From: Sphingobacteriia bacterium
GTDB taxonomy: Bacteria > Bacteroidota > Bacteroidia > NS11-12g > UBA955
Direction: 5' to 3'
Length of the DNA stretch: 64,000 bases
Assembly: GCA_021151535.1 (NCBI GenBank)
Contig: JAGKXC010000007.1
Span: 8,434 to 72,433 of the forward strand
Position 1 is the stretch's first letter; every line of letters starts with the position of its first letter. Positions 1 through 9,488 of the stretch are shown one piece after another. The notes beneath the pieces are model-generated. The model saw only the letters and a program-made list of their open reading frames with translations. It did not search any database and was not told the DNA's origin. A program made the position numbers and the translations under genes.

Positions 1-1135
1 CGTAGGTTGCTTCTAATTTGTTATCACGCACCCACTTTTCGAATGCTTTTTCAGCATTTTTACGGGTTGTGTACAAGCCATCTTCTTTTGAAAGATCTTT
101 TGCTTCACCGCCAAATTTGTTCCAATAGTTACCAATTGAAGCCAACTGATCGGAGTACATCAAACGGATGTTTTTATCTTGGCGCATGTATTTTTCATAC
201 ACGTCCATGATGTCTCTACGTAATTGAACGCGCATCGGTCTTTCTTTGCTCGCCAAGTACTTAATACCTTCGCTATAGGTATAGCGGGTAGTACGTCCTG
301 GGTAACCCATAATCATTGCAAAATCGCCAGTTTTGATACCGCCGATATTGATTGGCAAATGGTGTTGTGGTTTGAAAGGCTTGTTTGCTGGTGCGAAATC
401 TGCGGGTTTGTTAGATTCGTTGGCGTAGATACGGAACATAGAGAAGTCGCAAGTATGGCGAGGCCATCTCCAGTTGTCGGTTTCGCCACCGAATTTACCT
501 ACATTTTCTGGGGGAGTACCAACCAAACGGATATCGCGATACACTTCATAGAACATAGCAAGATATTGGTTGCCATTGTAGAATGGAGTAACTTCGATTA
601 CGTAGTTAGCTCTTTCAGCGCCCAAAGCGGCGATTAATTCAGAGCGTACGGCGTTTAAATTTTTAGCAACTGCTGCGCTTCTTTCTTTTTCAGATGCGTT
701 GATTGCGATGTCTTTCAACACTTTATCGGTAACATCTTCAATTTTGCGCAAAAGGCCGATATTGAAATTGGCTGGACGTTCTTCGGCTTGAGATTTTGCC
801 CAGAAGCCGTTAGATAGGATGTTATCTGTAGGCGTAGATAATTTTTGGATAGCACCGTAACCACAGTGGTGGTTGGTAAGGAAAAGGCCTTGAGAAGAGA
901 TGATTTCACCTGAGCAGAACATTCTGCCTTCTTTGCCCATTAATCTAACAATAGCATCTTTGGTAGAAGCTTTGTTGATGGAATAGATTTCTTCTGCTGT
1001 GAGTTTCAATCCTTTGGCTTGCATTGGGTCTTGAATTTTCTGCAAGAGAACCAATGGCCACATGCCTTCATCGGCGCGGAGTTGCATTAAGCTGCTCAAC
1101 GCTAAGGCAATGGTAAGTATGCGTTTCTTCAACAT
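1..1135 (-). CDS. S46 family dipeptidyl-peptidase (DPP7/DPP11-like), 5' portion; C-terminus lies beyond the window start
   Basis: Minus-strand translation from ATG at 1135 reads MLKKRILTIALALSSLMQLRADEGMWPL...NHHCGYGA..., i.e. signal peptide followed by the DEGMW and NHHCG motifs typical of S46 peptidases. The frame stays open to position 1, though the ORF track does not list it. Confidence 0.75.
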   Translation of the reverse strand, partial: MLKKRILTIALALSSLMQLRADEGMWPLVLLQKIQDPMQAKGLKLTAEEIYSINKASTKDAIVRLMGKEGRMFCSGEIISSQGLFLTNHHCGYGAIQKLSTPTDNILSNGFWAKSQAEERPANFNIGLLRKIEDVTDKVLKDIAINASEKERSAAVAKNLNAVRSELIAALGAERANYVIEVTPFYNGNQYLAMFYEVYRDIRLVGTPPENVGKFGGETDNWRWPRHTCDFSMFRIYANESNKPADFAPANKPFKPQHHLPINIGGIKTGDFAMIMGYPGRTTRYTYSEGIKYLASKERPMRVQLRRDIMDVYEKYMRQDKNIRLMYSDQLASIGNYWNKFGGEAKDLSKEDGLYTTRKNAEKAFEKWVRDNKLEATY

Positions 1136-1167
1136 AATTATGATATTGAGTTGCAAATTAACTCATT

Positions 1168-2268
1168 TTGGGGCAGAATTTGTTTATTTTGACCACTTAT
1201 TCGGGTATGTTGGGTGATTTGATTGAACTGAGGCCGGAAGGCTATTACTGTGCACAAGCGGATTTGTATATTGATCCGATGCGCAGTGTAAAGCGTGCAC
1301 TGGTTACGCATGCGCATTCAGATCATGCCAGGGGTGGGATGGAGCATTATTTGTCGCACAAAGACAGCGAATGGGTTTTGCGATTGCGATTGGGCAAGAA
1401 TATTTCCTTGCAAACGATGGAATATGGAGAATCCATTTGGATGAATGGGGTTGAAATCACTTTGTATCCTGCTGGGCATGTACCTGGCAGTGCGCAAGTA
1501 AGGTTGCGGAATAGCAAGGAGTGTTGGGTAATTTCGGGTGATTATAAAACTGTGGGTGATGGATTAACGCCGGCATTTGAATCGGTTGCATGTGATTATT
1601 TTATTACGGAGAGCACATTTGGGCTGCCGGTGTATCGATGGAAGCCGCAGGCGGAGATATTCACTGAGATTAATGCTTGGTGGCAGGGATGTGCCGAGGA
1701 GGGTTTGAATGCGGTAATAAGTTGTTATTCATTGGGTAAGGCGCAGCGCGTGTTGAAATATTTGGATAGGGCGATAGGGCGGGTTATTTGTCATGGCAGC
1801 ATAGCGGAGACAAATGAGGCCTTGGAGCGACAGGGATTTGATTTTGGTAGTTGGGAGCGCGCGGAGATGAGGGCTAGGGGGAAGAAGGGTGGTGAAAACG
1901 TAGAGTCTGTTGCCGGGAAAGTGAAGGGCGCGTTGATAGTTTGTCCGCCAGCGGCGATGGATTCTCAATGGATGAAGCAATTTGGCGAATATGAAACGGG
2001 CAGTTGCAGTGGATGGATGGGGTTAAGGGGTACACGCCGCTGGGGGAATTTAGACAGGGGATTTGTGTTGAGCGATCATGCCGATTGGGATCAGTTATTG
2101 GGGGCGGTGGAGAGCTGTGGTGCTGAGAACGTATTTGTAACCCATGGATTTAGTGAGATTTTTGCGCGATATTTAAGGGAGGAGCGCGGTTTATGGGCGC
2201 AGACAACGCGGGCACTGATGCGTGGAGATTTTCAGGTTTCGGCGATAGAGAAAGGGGAGGATGGATGA
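1168..2268 (+). CDS. ligase-associated DNA damage response exonuclease (metallo-beta-lactamase fold)
   Basis: HAHSDHARGG (HxHxDH) MBL motif and C-terminal LSDHADW; 4-nt ATGA overlap with the downstream ATP-dependent ligase. Confidence 0.8.
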   Translation: MGQNLFILTTYSGMLGDLIELRPEGYYCAQADLYIDPMRSVKRALVTHAHSDHARGGMEHYLSHKDSEWVLRLRLGKNISLQTMEYGESIWMNGVEITLYPAGHVPGSAQVRLRNSKECWVISGDYKTVGDGLTPAFESVACDYFITESTFGLPVYRWKPQAEIFTEINAWWQGCAEEGLNAVISCYSLGKAQRVLKYLDRAIGRVICHGSIAETNEALERQGFDFGSWERAEMRARGKKGGENVESVAGKVKGALIVCPPAAMDSQWMKQFGEYETGSCSGWMGLRGTRRWGNLDRGFVLSDHADWDQLLGAVESCGAENVFVTHGFSEIFARYLREERGLWAQTTRALMRGDFQVSAIEKGEDG

Positions 2269-4022
2269 AGCGTTTTGTGGTATTGATAGAGGAATTGGAT
2301 AAAACCACGCGTACCAAGGAGAAGGTGCAGGCTTTGGAGCGGTATTTTCGGGAGGCTGAGGCGGTTGATAAAATTTGGGTTGTGGCTTTGTTTACGGGCC
2401 GGCGGCCGCGTGGAATTATTAAATTGGCGAATTTGCGGAGATGGGCGGCGGATACGTCGGGCATACCGCAATGGCTATTTGATGAGAGTTATCATTTTGT
2501 GGGCGATTTGGCGGAGACAATGGCGTTGTTGGCTGGTGGAAATGTGGAAGATCGATATACGGATGCTGGAATGTTGAATGCCGAGGTTGCCGAGGATAAA
2601 GAACAGAGTAGGAAAGCGCAGATGGTTGTGGAAGGGGAAGATGCCGATGGAAAAGCGTTTTGGTATGAGATGGGTTTGGATGCGTTATTTCGGAGGTTGG
2701 AAGCGATGCGTGGCATGGATGAAGAGATTCAGCGAGCTTGGGTGATAGGCATGTGGCGGCAGATGAAGGTGACGCAGAGATTTATTTTTAATAAGTTTTT
2801 AACTGGGGGATTTAGGATGGGTGTGAGCGAACAGTTGTTGTTTCAGGCAGTGGGTTTGGTGGAGAATATGGAGACAGGTGATGTAGCGCATGCGTTGATG
2901 GGCAAGTGGGATCCTTTTGAAGAAAGCTATGAAGCGTTGATACGCGGGGGCGATGATAAACGGGGCAGAAGCAAACCTTATCCTTTTGCGTTGTGCTATG
3001 CGATGGAAGATGAACCTGATGATGGCTTGGAGCACTGGCAATTGGAGTGGAAATGGGATGGTATTCGCGGTCAGTTGATCAAGCGCAATGGGGATGTGTT
3101 TCTTTGGAGCAGGGGTGAAGAGTTGGTGAATGAAATGTTTCCAGAAGTGATTACAGCGGCGCAAGCATTGCCAGACGGCATAGTGCTGGATGGAGAATTA
3201 TTGGTTTGGGGTATGGATCACTTGCCTCAAGACTTCCAGCAAATGCAACGCAGATTGGGAAGAAAAAAAGTAGGTAAGAAATTGTTGCAAGATTGTCCAG
3301 TAAAATTTATGGCTTATGATTTAATCGAATGGCAAGGAAACGACATGAGGGAATACGCTTTGCGGGATAGGCGAAAGTTGTTGGAGTCGTTGTTTGATTT
3401 AGATACGAAACATCGTTTATCGCCCTTAAAAAACGGCGATGATGGCGTGTTGTTATCACCCAAAATGGCGGCTATGGATTGGGAGGAAGCGAGGGAAATC
3501 AGGGCTCAAGCATTGGAGATTCGGGCAGAGGGTTTGATGGTGAAGAGACTGGATTCTACGTACCCGGTGGGAAGGAAGCGGGGTGATTGGTGGAAGTGGA
3601 AATTGGATGCTGAGACGGTTGATTGTGTGATGATTTATGCCCAAAGGGGCCATGGACGTAGGGCGAGTTTGTACACCGATTTTACTTTTGCTGTAAGGGA
3701 TGCTGAAACGTTGGTGCCTTTTGCGAAGGCGTATAGCGGATTAACGGATGCAGAATTTTTGGAAATTAATCAATGGATTAAACAGCATACGCGTGAAAGT
3801 TTTGGTCCGGTTAGGAGTGTAACCGCCGAGTTGGTATTTGAGGTAGCATTTGAAGGAATTGCTTTTAGCAAACGACATAAAAGTGGCATAGCGGTAAGAT
3901 TTCCGCGAATTGTGCGATGGAGGAAAGACAAGAAAATCGAAGAAATCGCCAGTTTAGACGATTTAAAAATGATGATTGCTCGCCGCGAGGGCGAAAAAAA
4001 TGACAATTCACTGAATCAGTGA
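2265..4022 (+). CDS. ATP-dependent DNA ligase (LigC-type, ligase-associated DNA damage response)
   Basis: N-terminus MKRFVVLIEELDKTTRTKEKVQALERYF and adenylation motif I EWKWDGIRGQ (KxDGxR); start taken at ATG 2265 rather than the upstream in-frame extension from 2193. Confidence 0.85.
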   Translation: MKRFVVLIEELDKTTRTKEKVQALERYFREAEAVDKIWVVALFTGRRPRGIIKLANLRRWAADTSGIPQWLFDESYHFVGDLAETMALLAGGNVEDRYTDAGMLNAEVAEDKEQSRKAQMVVEGEDADGKAFWYEMGLDALFRRLEAMRGMDEEIQRAWVIGMWRQMKVTQRFIFNKFLTGGFRMGVSEQLLFQAVGLVENMETGDVAHALMGKWDPFEESYEALIRGGDDKRGRSKPYPFALCYAMEDEPDDGLEHWQLEWKWDGIRGQLIKRNGDVFLWSRGEELVNEMFPEVITAAQALPDGIVLDGELLVWGMDHLPQDFQQMQRRLGRKKVGKKLLQDCPVKFMAYDLIEWQGNDMREYALRDRRKLLESLFDLDTKHRLSPLKNGDDGVLLSPKMAAMDWEEAREIRAQALEIRAEGLMVKRLDSTYPVGRKRGDWWKWKLDAETVDCVMIYAQRGHGRRASLYTDFTFAVRDAETLVPFAKAYSGLTDAEFLEINQWIKQHTRESFGPVRSVTAELVFEVAFEGIAFSKRHKSGIAVRFPRIVRWRKDKKIEEIASLDDLKMMIARREGEKNDNSLNQ

Positions 4023-4039
4023 ATGTTAGAAAGGGGGTA

Positions 4040-4684
4040 TTATCCTTGAATTTTTGATCCCCAATTTGGCGGATCGATTGCAAATTCTCTTACTAATTCT
4101 AGTTCGGAGGGTTGGATATAACCTTCGGCGGCTGCGACGGTTGTAAGTGAATCCAAGTTAGTGAGGGTATAAACGGGGATACCTGCTTGGGAGAATCTTT
4201 CCATTGCATTGGCGAATCCATAGGTAAATAGTGCAACAACACCAACCACTTCACCACCGGCTTTTTGCACACCTTCTACTGCTTGGAATGAACTTTTACC
4301 GGTTGAGATGAGGTCTTCTACCAAAACTATTTTATCGCCGGGGATTAATTCGCCTTCAACTTGATTTTGCAGGCCGTGTTTTTTGGGTTCGGGGCGAACG
4401 TAGCAATAGGGAGCGCCAAGTATATGGGCGGCTAAGGCACCATGGGCGATACCTGCGGTTGCGATTCCACCGATGCGATTGGCTTGGGGAAATTCGGTTT
4501 TAATGATGTTTGCAAGCTCTTCTGCAACGTAGGTTCTAACCTCTGGAAAGGACAGAACCATGCGGTTATCGCAGTAGATTGGAGATTGAATTCCTGAGGT
4601 CCAAGTAAATGGCTTTGATGGACTTAGTTTAACAGCTTTTATTTCGAGAAGAAATTTTGCTAACTTTGCGTTTCTTTCAGACAT
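4040..4684 (-). CDS. pyrE: orotate phosphoribosyltransferase
   Basis: Type I PRTase PRPP-binding loop VLVEDLISTGKS and overall PyrE-like 214-aa sequence. Confidence 0.9.
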   Translation of the reverse strand: MSERNAKLAKFLLEIKAVKLSPSKPFTWTSGIQSPIYCDNRMVLSFPEVRTYVAEELANIIKTEFPQANRIGGIATAGIAHGALAAHILGAPYCYVRPEPKKHGLQNQVEGELIPGDKIVLVEDLISTGKSSFQAVEGVQKAGGEVVGVVALFTYGFANAMERFSQAGIPVYTLTNLDSLTTVAAAEGYIQPSELELVREFAIDPPNWGSKIQG

Positions 4685-5321
4685 GGGAGCACAAAGTTAT
4701 AAAATCTATTTTAACGAAAGTGCGTTGGTGATTGCGGAATCTCCAGAGGCATTGAGGGGTTTACCGAATTTATACTATATCGGTGACGATGAGTTGCATA
4801 AAAGTTTTAAGATTTTGCTATCGAATGAAACTTATGGTAGGGTGATGAACTTTGGTTTAATCTGCCCAAACCCGCAGGAAATTTTTGATGAATTCAGGTC
4901 GGAATACACGGTAGTTCAGGCTGCGGGTGGTTTGGTATTCAATAAAGAAAACCAAATGTTAACGATTAAGCGGAATGGATTATGGGATTTGCCTAAGGGT
5001 AAAATTGAGCGACATGAAGACCAGATGGCAGCGGCATTGCGTGAGGTGATGGAGGAAACGGGCATCAACATGTTGAACATTTCGGAGAAAGTGGGTGAAA
5101 GTTATCACGCATATTTTGAGGATGATGCGATTATGTTGAAAGAAACACACTGGTATTACATGAATTGCACGGGCAAATCTACTTTGAAACCGCAGGTTGA
5201 AGAGGGAATTAGCGAAGTGAAATTTGCGGATTTAACTTGGTTTACCAGTCCTGATTTTACTTCATATCAAAGCATACGCGACGTTGTGAAGCGTGCGTTA
5301 TCGCGCGAAGCGAAGGGATAA
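4683..5321 (+). CDS. NUDIX hydrolase
   Basis: Nudix box GKIERHEDQMAAALREVMEETGI. Confidence 0.8.
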   Translation: MGAQSYKIYFNESALVIAESPEALRGLPNLYYIGDDELHKSFKILLSNETYGRVMNFGLICPNPQEIFDEFRSEYTVVQAAGGLVFNKENQMLTIKRNGLWDLPKGKIERHEDQMAAALREVMEETGINMLNISEKVGESYHAYFEDDAIMLKETHWYYMNCTGKSTLKPQVEEGISEVKFADLTWFTSPDFTSYQSIRDVVKRALSREAKG

Positions 5322-5347
5322 TTTTTTATAACCGGCGGGGGATTGGG

Positions 5348-5821
5348 TTAGATAACCAGTCCAGAAATATCGATATTACTTGGCAGATAAGGTTTAAAAT
5401 CTGCTTTATAGATGATCAAATCTCTTACGAGTGTTGAACTGATATAGCTTAATTCGGGAGAGCTATTGATAAAAATTGTTTCAATTTCTGGCCACATAGC
5501 TTTATTTAATTGGGCGATATGGCTTTCATAATCGAAATCTGAACCATTTCTAAGGCCCCGAATCAAGAATTTGGCGTTATTTTTTTTACAAAAATCTACT
5601 GTTAAGCCTTCATAGGTATCGATTGATACTTTAGGGTTATTGGCAAAAGTTTGGGATATCCAGTTTTTCCTAATTTCGAGATCAAACAAGGTGGTTTTTT
5701 TGGTGTTTACACCGATGGCAACAATTACAGCATCAAATAGGCAAGATGTACGATTAATGATATCGGCATGACCCACGGTTATGGGATCGAACGTACCTGG
5801 AAATACTGCTATTTTATCCAT
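5348..5821 (-). CDS. coaD: pantetheine-phosphate adenylyltransferase
   Basis: MDKIAVFPGTFDPITVGHADII is the canonical CoaD N-terminus; length 157 aa. Confidence 0.9.
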   Translation of the reverse strand: MDKIAVFPGTFDPITVGHADIINRTSCLFDAVIVAIGVNTKKTTLFDLEIRKNWISQTFANNPKVSIDTYEGLTVDFCKKNNAKFLIRGLRNGSDFDYESHIAQLNKAMWPEIETIFINSSPELSYISSTLVRDLIIYKADFKPYLPSNIDISGLVI

Positions 5822-5853
5822 GATAGAGCGAAGATAATGAAATGTTTGTGGTA

Positions 5854-6396
5854 TTAGCTATTCTGTTGAAAATAGCTCAACACGGAGGATCCATAATCTT
5901 TTTGTAGTACAGGCGAGCAAATTTCGGGGAACACGAGTTGGGGTTTATGTTCAAAGATTAGGATGGCATCTGGGTTGGTGGATGAAAGCAGCGGCAAGAG
6001 TGTTTGGGGCATAGATTGCAGGTCTGCCATATGGTAAGGTGGATCTGCGAAGATGATATCAAAGCTTTGATCCAATGTAAAGGGCAATTTTAAGGCATTT
6101 CCAGAAAGAATTTCCCAGTTGGGTAGGTTAAACTGTGATTTGGTATTTTTTTGAAACACAACATTCTTTCTGTCTAAATCAACAGAAGTTACTTTTTCGG
6201 CATTACGAGACAGAAATTCTAGGGCAATGATACCTGAACCTGAAAATAAGTCGAGCACATTTGCATGTTGAATCCCCACATGATGTTGGAGGGAGTTGAA
6301 CATGGATTCTCTCATTCTATCTGTTGAGGGACGAACATGAGAGGCGAATCCGGTACCTATCGCCCTACCTTTTAAATTTCCACCGGTGACGCGCAT
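5854..6396 (-). CDS. rsmD: 16S rRNA (guanine966-N2)-methyltransferase RsmD
   Basis: MRVTGGNLKGR start, SAM-binding DLFSGSGIIALE and ADPPY motif. Confidence 0.85.
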   Translation of the reverse strand: MRVTGGNLKGRAIGTGFASHVRPSTDRMRESMFNSLQHHVGIQHANVLDLFSGSGIIALEFLSRNAEKVTSVDLDRKNVVFQKNTKSQFNLPNWEILSGNALKLPFTLDQSFDIIFADPPYHMADLQSMPQTLLPLLSSTNPDAILIFEHKPQLVFPEICSPVLQKDYGSSVLSYFQQNS

Positions 6397-7088
6397 TCGT
6401 AGGCTTGTAAAAGGGGTGCAACGAAATGAATGAGGGGTGGTTGTGTAGCAGCAATAATGGGTAGCGGCGGCTGGGTGAATTCAGCGTGGGGAATTAACTT
6501 AATGAAGGTTTGTTTGGCTTGAACGGACCAAGGTGCAAGGGTATCGGTATGGATAGTAACATGCAATTGGTTGGGTTTAAGTTTTAAGTTATGGAAGGGA
6601 AGTAAGGTAAAATATAGGCATTCTTGGGCATTATTCACGTGATAAGAATTAGCCAGAATGAGGGCGCCATTTTGGAATGCGAAGAGAAAATATTGGTTAT
6701 GGTGGAACCATCCGTAAACGCTGTTTTCGGCTTTATTGCTGAATTTTTGGGCGATGGGCCACAGAAGTTCTGCAAAGTGATGTTCTGCGTTGGGGTGGTT
6801 GGGAGTTGAGAATTTGATACTTGTTTGCTCGTTGATTTTTACAGTTTTGGTAGACTGCAGATCAGGTAAATGTGCATCAGCGAATGAATTGGGTACAAAT
6901 TCGCAAGGAGCATTCCATTCTAACCAGTGTTTTTTAGGTAGGGAGAGTGGAAACTTGGTAATAGTGTATTGGATGGGCTGTTGGTTGGCTGCGAATTGAA
7001 CTTCGTGTAGAATATCATTTTGAAGTAATGCCAATTTTTTATGTTCTGGCAAATTGTTTTCTGATTTCCACGACCAAAGGATATCCAT
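6372..7088 (-). CDS. hypothetical protein (DUF3822-like, conserved downstream of coaD-rsmD in Bacteroidota)
   Basis: 238-aa ORF overlapping rsmD start by 25 nt; no motif I can name. Family call rests on remembered conserved synteny only. Confidence 0.4.
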   Translation of the reverse strand: MDILWSWKSENNLPEHKKLALLQNDILHEVQFAANQQPIQYTITKFPLSLPKKHWLEWNAPCEFVPNSFADAHLPDLQSTKTVKINEQTSIKFSTPNHPNAEHHFAELLWPIAQKFSNKAENSVYGWFHHNQYFLFAFQNGALILANSYHVNNAQECLYFTLLPFHNLKLKPNQLHVTIHTDTLAPWSVQAKQTFIKLIPHAEFTQPPLPIIAATQPPLIHFVAPLLQAYECASPVEI

Positions 7089-7120
7089 ATGGCAAAGTTG
7101 CGTTATTTCTCTTAAACAAA

Positions 7121-7148
7121 AAAGGCCGCCTACTAGGCGACCTTTTTT
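7121..7148 (-). terminator. rho-independent terminator downstream of the OmpA/TSP3 gene (usable on either strand)
   Basis: GGCCGCC-tacta-GGCGACC hairpin flanked by an A-run on one side and a T-run on the other. Confidence 0.55.
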
Positions 7149-7171
7149 GAACTATGCAAAACAGATACTTG

Positions 7172-8800
7172 TTAGTATTTCAAAATGAAATCAACGCGAC
7201 GGTTTTTGGTTTTTCCAGCCTCAGTTGTGTTGTCAGTTATAGGCATTTCTTGACCATAACCGATTGCAACCAATCTAGAAATATTTACACCGTTTGCTGC
7301 CAAGTAGTTTTTCACTGCTTCAGCGCGCTTTTGACTCAATGTTTTGTTTGATTCAGGAGTGCCGTTGTTATCGGTATGACCTTGAATTTCAACAGTAGCA
7401 GTTGGGTATTCGTTCAACAATTTAACCAAGTTGTTCAAATTCTTGAATGAAGCTGGAACGATTACATCTTTACCAGTTTCGAAGTTGATACCTTTTGCTT
7501 CTAATTTAATTTTATCCAAAGTTTCCTTCTTGAATTCAGGGCAACCTTTGTTAGTAGTAGTACCAATAACATCTGGGCACTTATCGATGTTGTTGTAAAC
7601 ACCGTCGCCGTCTGTATCAGGGCAACCTTCACCAGCTACTGCACCAGCAACTGTAGGACATTTGTCTTTGCTATCTTCAACGCCATCGCCATCAGAATCA
7701 GGGCAACCTTTCAAAGAGGCCAAACCTGCTTTATCTGGACAAGCGTCGTCTTTATCAGAAACACCATCGCCGTCTGTATCAGGGCAACCGTTGAATTTAG
7801 CCAAACCAGCTTTGGTTGGGCAAGCATCCAAACGATCTTCTATACCGTCGCCGTCAGAATCAGGGCAACCTTTGAATTCAGAAGAACCTTTTACATCAGG
7901 GCACTTGTCATCGCCATCAAGGATACCATCGCCATCTGTATCAACAGGACAACCAAGGCTATCTACGTGATCGCGGTATTGAGGCAATGTGCCTTTACAT
8001 TTGTCGTATTTATCAGCAACACCATCTTCGTCAAGGTCTTTGAATTTACCAGATGGTTTGCCACCTGTAGCCATACCTACACCGTCACCAATTTGGTAAG
8101 TGAAACCAAATGAATGGTATCCCCACATATCGTTGGTACGATAAAGTTTGTGGATAGGAGGGTGAACAGGGTCTGGAGTTGCGTTGTTAGCACCATCCCA
8201 CATATCGCTCATGGTATAAGTATATATAGAACTTACACGGATACCGAAACGTTCTGTTAAGTGAATGGTAAAACCTGCACCACCTTGAACAGCAGCACCG
8301 ATATCGGTAATTGCTGGTTTGTGTGTTAAAGCTGGATCATATTGATCTTGAACATAGGGATCTGGACCCCAAATAATCTGACTGAAAGCGTAGAATCCAC
8401 CGAATCCAGCTTGGATAAATGGTTGGAATTTAGACTCTTCAGAAAGGATTTTGAATCTTCCGCCTACTGTGAAGTCCATTGTATTAGCGCGGAAAGACTG
8501 ATATCTTGCGTAATCTGGCAATTGGAAATCATCCCATTTACGGGCATATCCAACGTCTCCAAAAGAGAAATTGAAAACACCGTCTAATTTTGGGTTGATA
8601 TAGTACCCAAAACTCAATCCGCCGCCTTGATAATCGGGCTTGCGTTGGAATCCAATTGCGGAACCTAAGTCCCCAGAATATTCTCTCAAACCGCCGTTAA
8701 CTTCAAGCGTGTGCGAGCCAGGTAACTGAGCACTTACAGGCAATGCTGAAGCCAACAATGATAGTGCGAGAATAGATTTTTTCAAGTAATGTATCTGCAT
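7172..8800 (-). CDS. OmpA-family outer membrane protein with thrombospondin type-3 (calcium-binding) repeats
   Basis: Signal peptide MQIHYLKKSILALSLLASALPVSAQ; about seven DxDxDGxxDxxDxCP repeats; C-terminal OmpA peptidoglycan-binding domain (...NRRVDFILKY). Confidence 0.85.
   Translation of the reverse strand: MQIHYLKKSILALSLLASALPVSAQLPGSHTLEVNGGLREYSGDLGSAIGFQRKPDYQGGGLSFGYYINPKLDGVFNFSFGDVGYARKWDDFQLPDYARYQSFRANTMDFTVGGRFKILSEESKFQPFIQAGFGGFYAFSQIIWGPDPYVQDQYDPALTHKPAITDIGAAVQGGAGFTIHLTERFGIRVSSIYTYTMSDMWDGANNATPDPVHPPIHKLYRTNDMWGYHSFGFTYQIGDGVGMATGGKPSGKFKDLDEDGVADKYDKCKGTLPQYRDHVDSLGCPVDTDGDGILDGDDKCPDVKGSSEFKGCPDSDGDGIEDRLDACPTKAGLAKFNGCPDTDGDGVSDKDDACPDKAGLASLKGCPDSDGDGVEDSKDKCPTVAGAVAGEGCPDTDGDGVYNNIDKCPDVIGTTTNKGCPEFKKETLDKIKLEAKGINFETGKDVIVPASFKNLNNLVKLLNEYPTATVEIQGHTDNNGTPESNKTLSQKRAEAVKNYLAANGVNISRLVAIGYGQEMPITDNTTEAGKTKNRRVDFILKY
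7541..7960 (-). repeat. intragenic tandem repeats (roughly 60-70 nt units) encoding the TSP3 repeats
   Basis: Recurring ccatcgccgtctgtatcagggcaacc-like units visible on the plus strand. Confidence 0.6.
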
Positions 8801-8959
8801 ATAGTGTTAGTTTTCGGTTTTTGTAATGGACAAATATAAGAAATGCACCGACAAAAAAAATATTTTTAACAAATTTTACCCAATAAAATGCATTGTTTAC
8901 ACTAGCATGAAAAAAAATTTGAGTGCTTGGGTGAGAATTCGGGTAACCGATTTCGGTTA

Positions 8960-9478
8960 TTAATTGACAATTTGAATGATATTACTAGATCGATCAACAT
9001 AATATTGGGCCAATCGAGTTCTGGCTTTTCCTTGAAGTGGGAATCCGGCGAAATTGAATTTGGAATCGCAACAGCTTGTGAACTTGCCATTTACGAACTT
9101 ACCACATCTGAGGTTGAGTTCAACTGAATCTCCCCAAATTCTCGAGCAATCATTTAATGGATCGTAAGGGCATGCGCGCTCAAAAGCGTACCAAGCATCG
9201 TCGAAATCATGTACCAAAATCACACCTGTTACGCCTCCTTCCAGGTACATATATGAGCCTGGAGAAGCGAGATGCATATACGAAGGTAAATTGAGGTCGA
9301 TGGTAATGTTTACTGGTGCTTTGGGGATATTTGCTGTAGACTGTCCTGCTGTATTATCGCAAGAATTTAATGAAAAAGTGATGTAAGTCGCGAGCAAGGA
9401 TAAGGTGAAAAGCCATGCGGTTTTTTTGAAGAAATTATCTTCTTTATTTCGGGCGATATGGGTGCTGCTTTCTAACAA
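8960..9478 (-). CDS. hypothetical lipoprotein with a degenerate Rieske-like motif
   Basis: Lipobox LNSC after a hydrophobic stretch; ...VHDFDDAWYAFERACPYD...(22 aa)...CGKF resembles the Rieske CxH...CxxH box but has no His ligands; TTG start. Confidence 0.45.
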   Translation of the reverse strand: MLESSTHIARNKEDNFFKKTAWLFTLSLLATYITFSLNSCDNTAGQSTANIPKAPVNITIDLNLPSYMHLASPGSYMYLEGGVTGVILVHDFDDAWYAFERACPYDPLNDCSRIWGDSVELNLRCGKFVNGKFTSCCDSKFNFAGFPLQGKARTRLAQYYVDRSSNIIQIVN

Positions 9479-9488
9479 TCAATTTCCA

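Noticed and set aside
2193-2264. Upstream 24-codon extension of the DNA ligase ORF
   Set aside because: Lies inside the exonuclease gene; the ATGA-coupled ATG at 2265 gives the canonical MKRFVVL ligase N-terminus.
7541-7960. Possible CRISPR-like regular repeats
   Set aside because: The repeats are in-frame coding TSP3 units inside an OmpA gene, with no unique spacers or cas genes.
7662-7970. 102-aa plus-strand ORF rich in SPSPS/SGQP
   Set aside because: Antisense to the TSP3 repeat region of the OmpA gene; low-complexity artefact of the GC-rich repeat.
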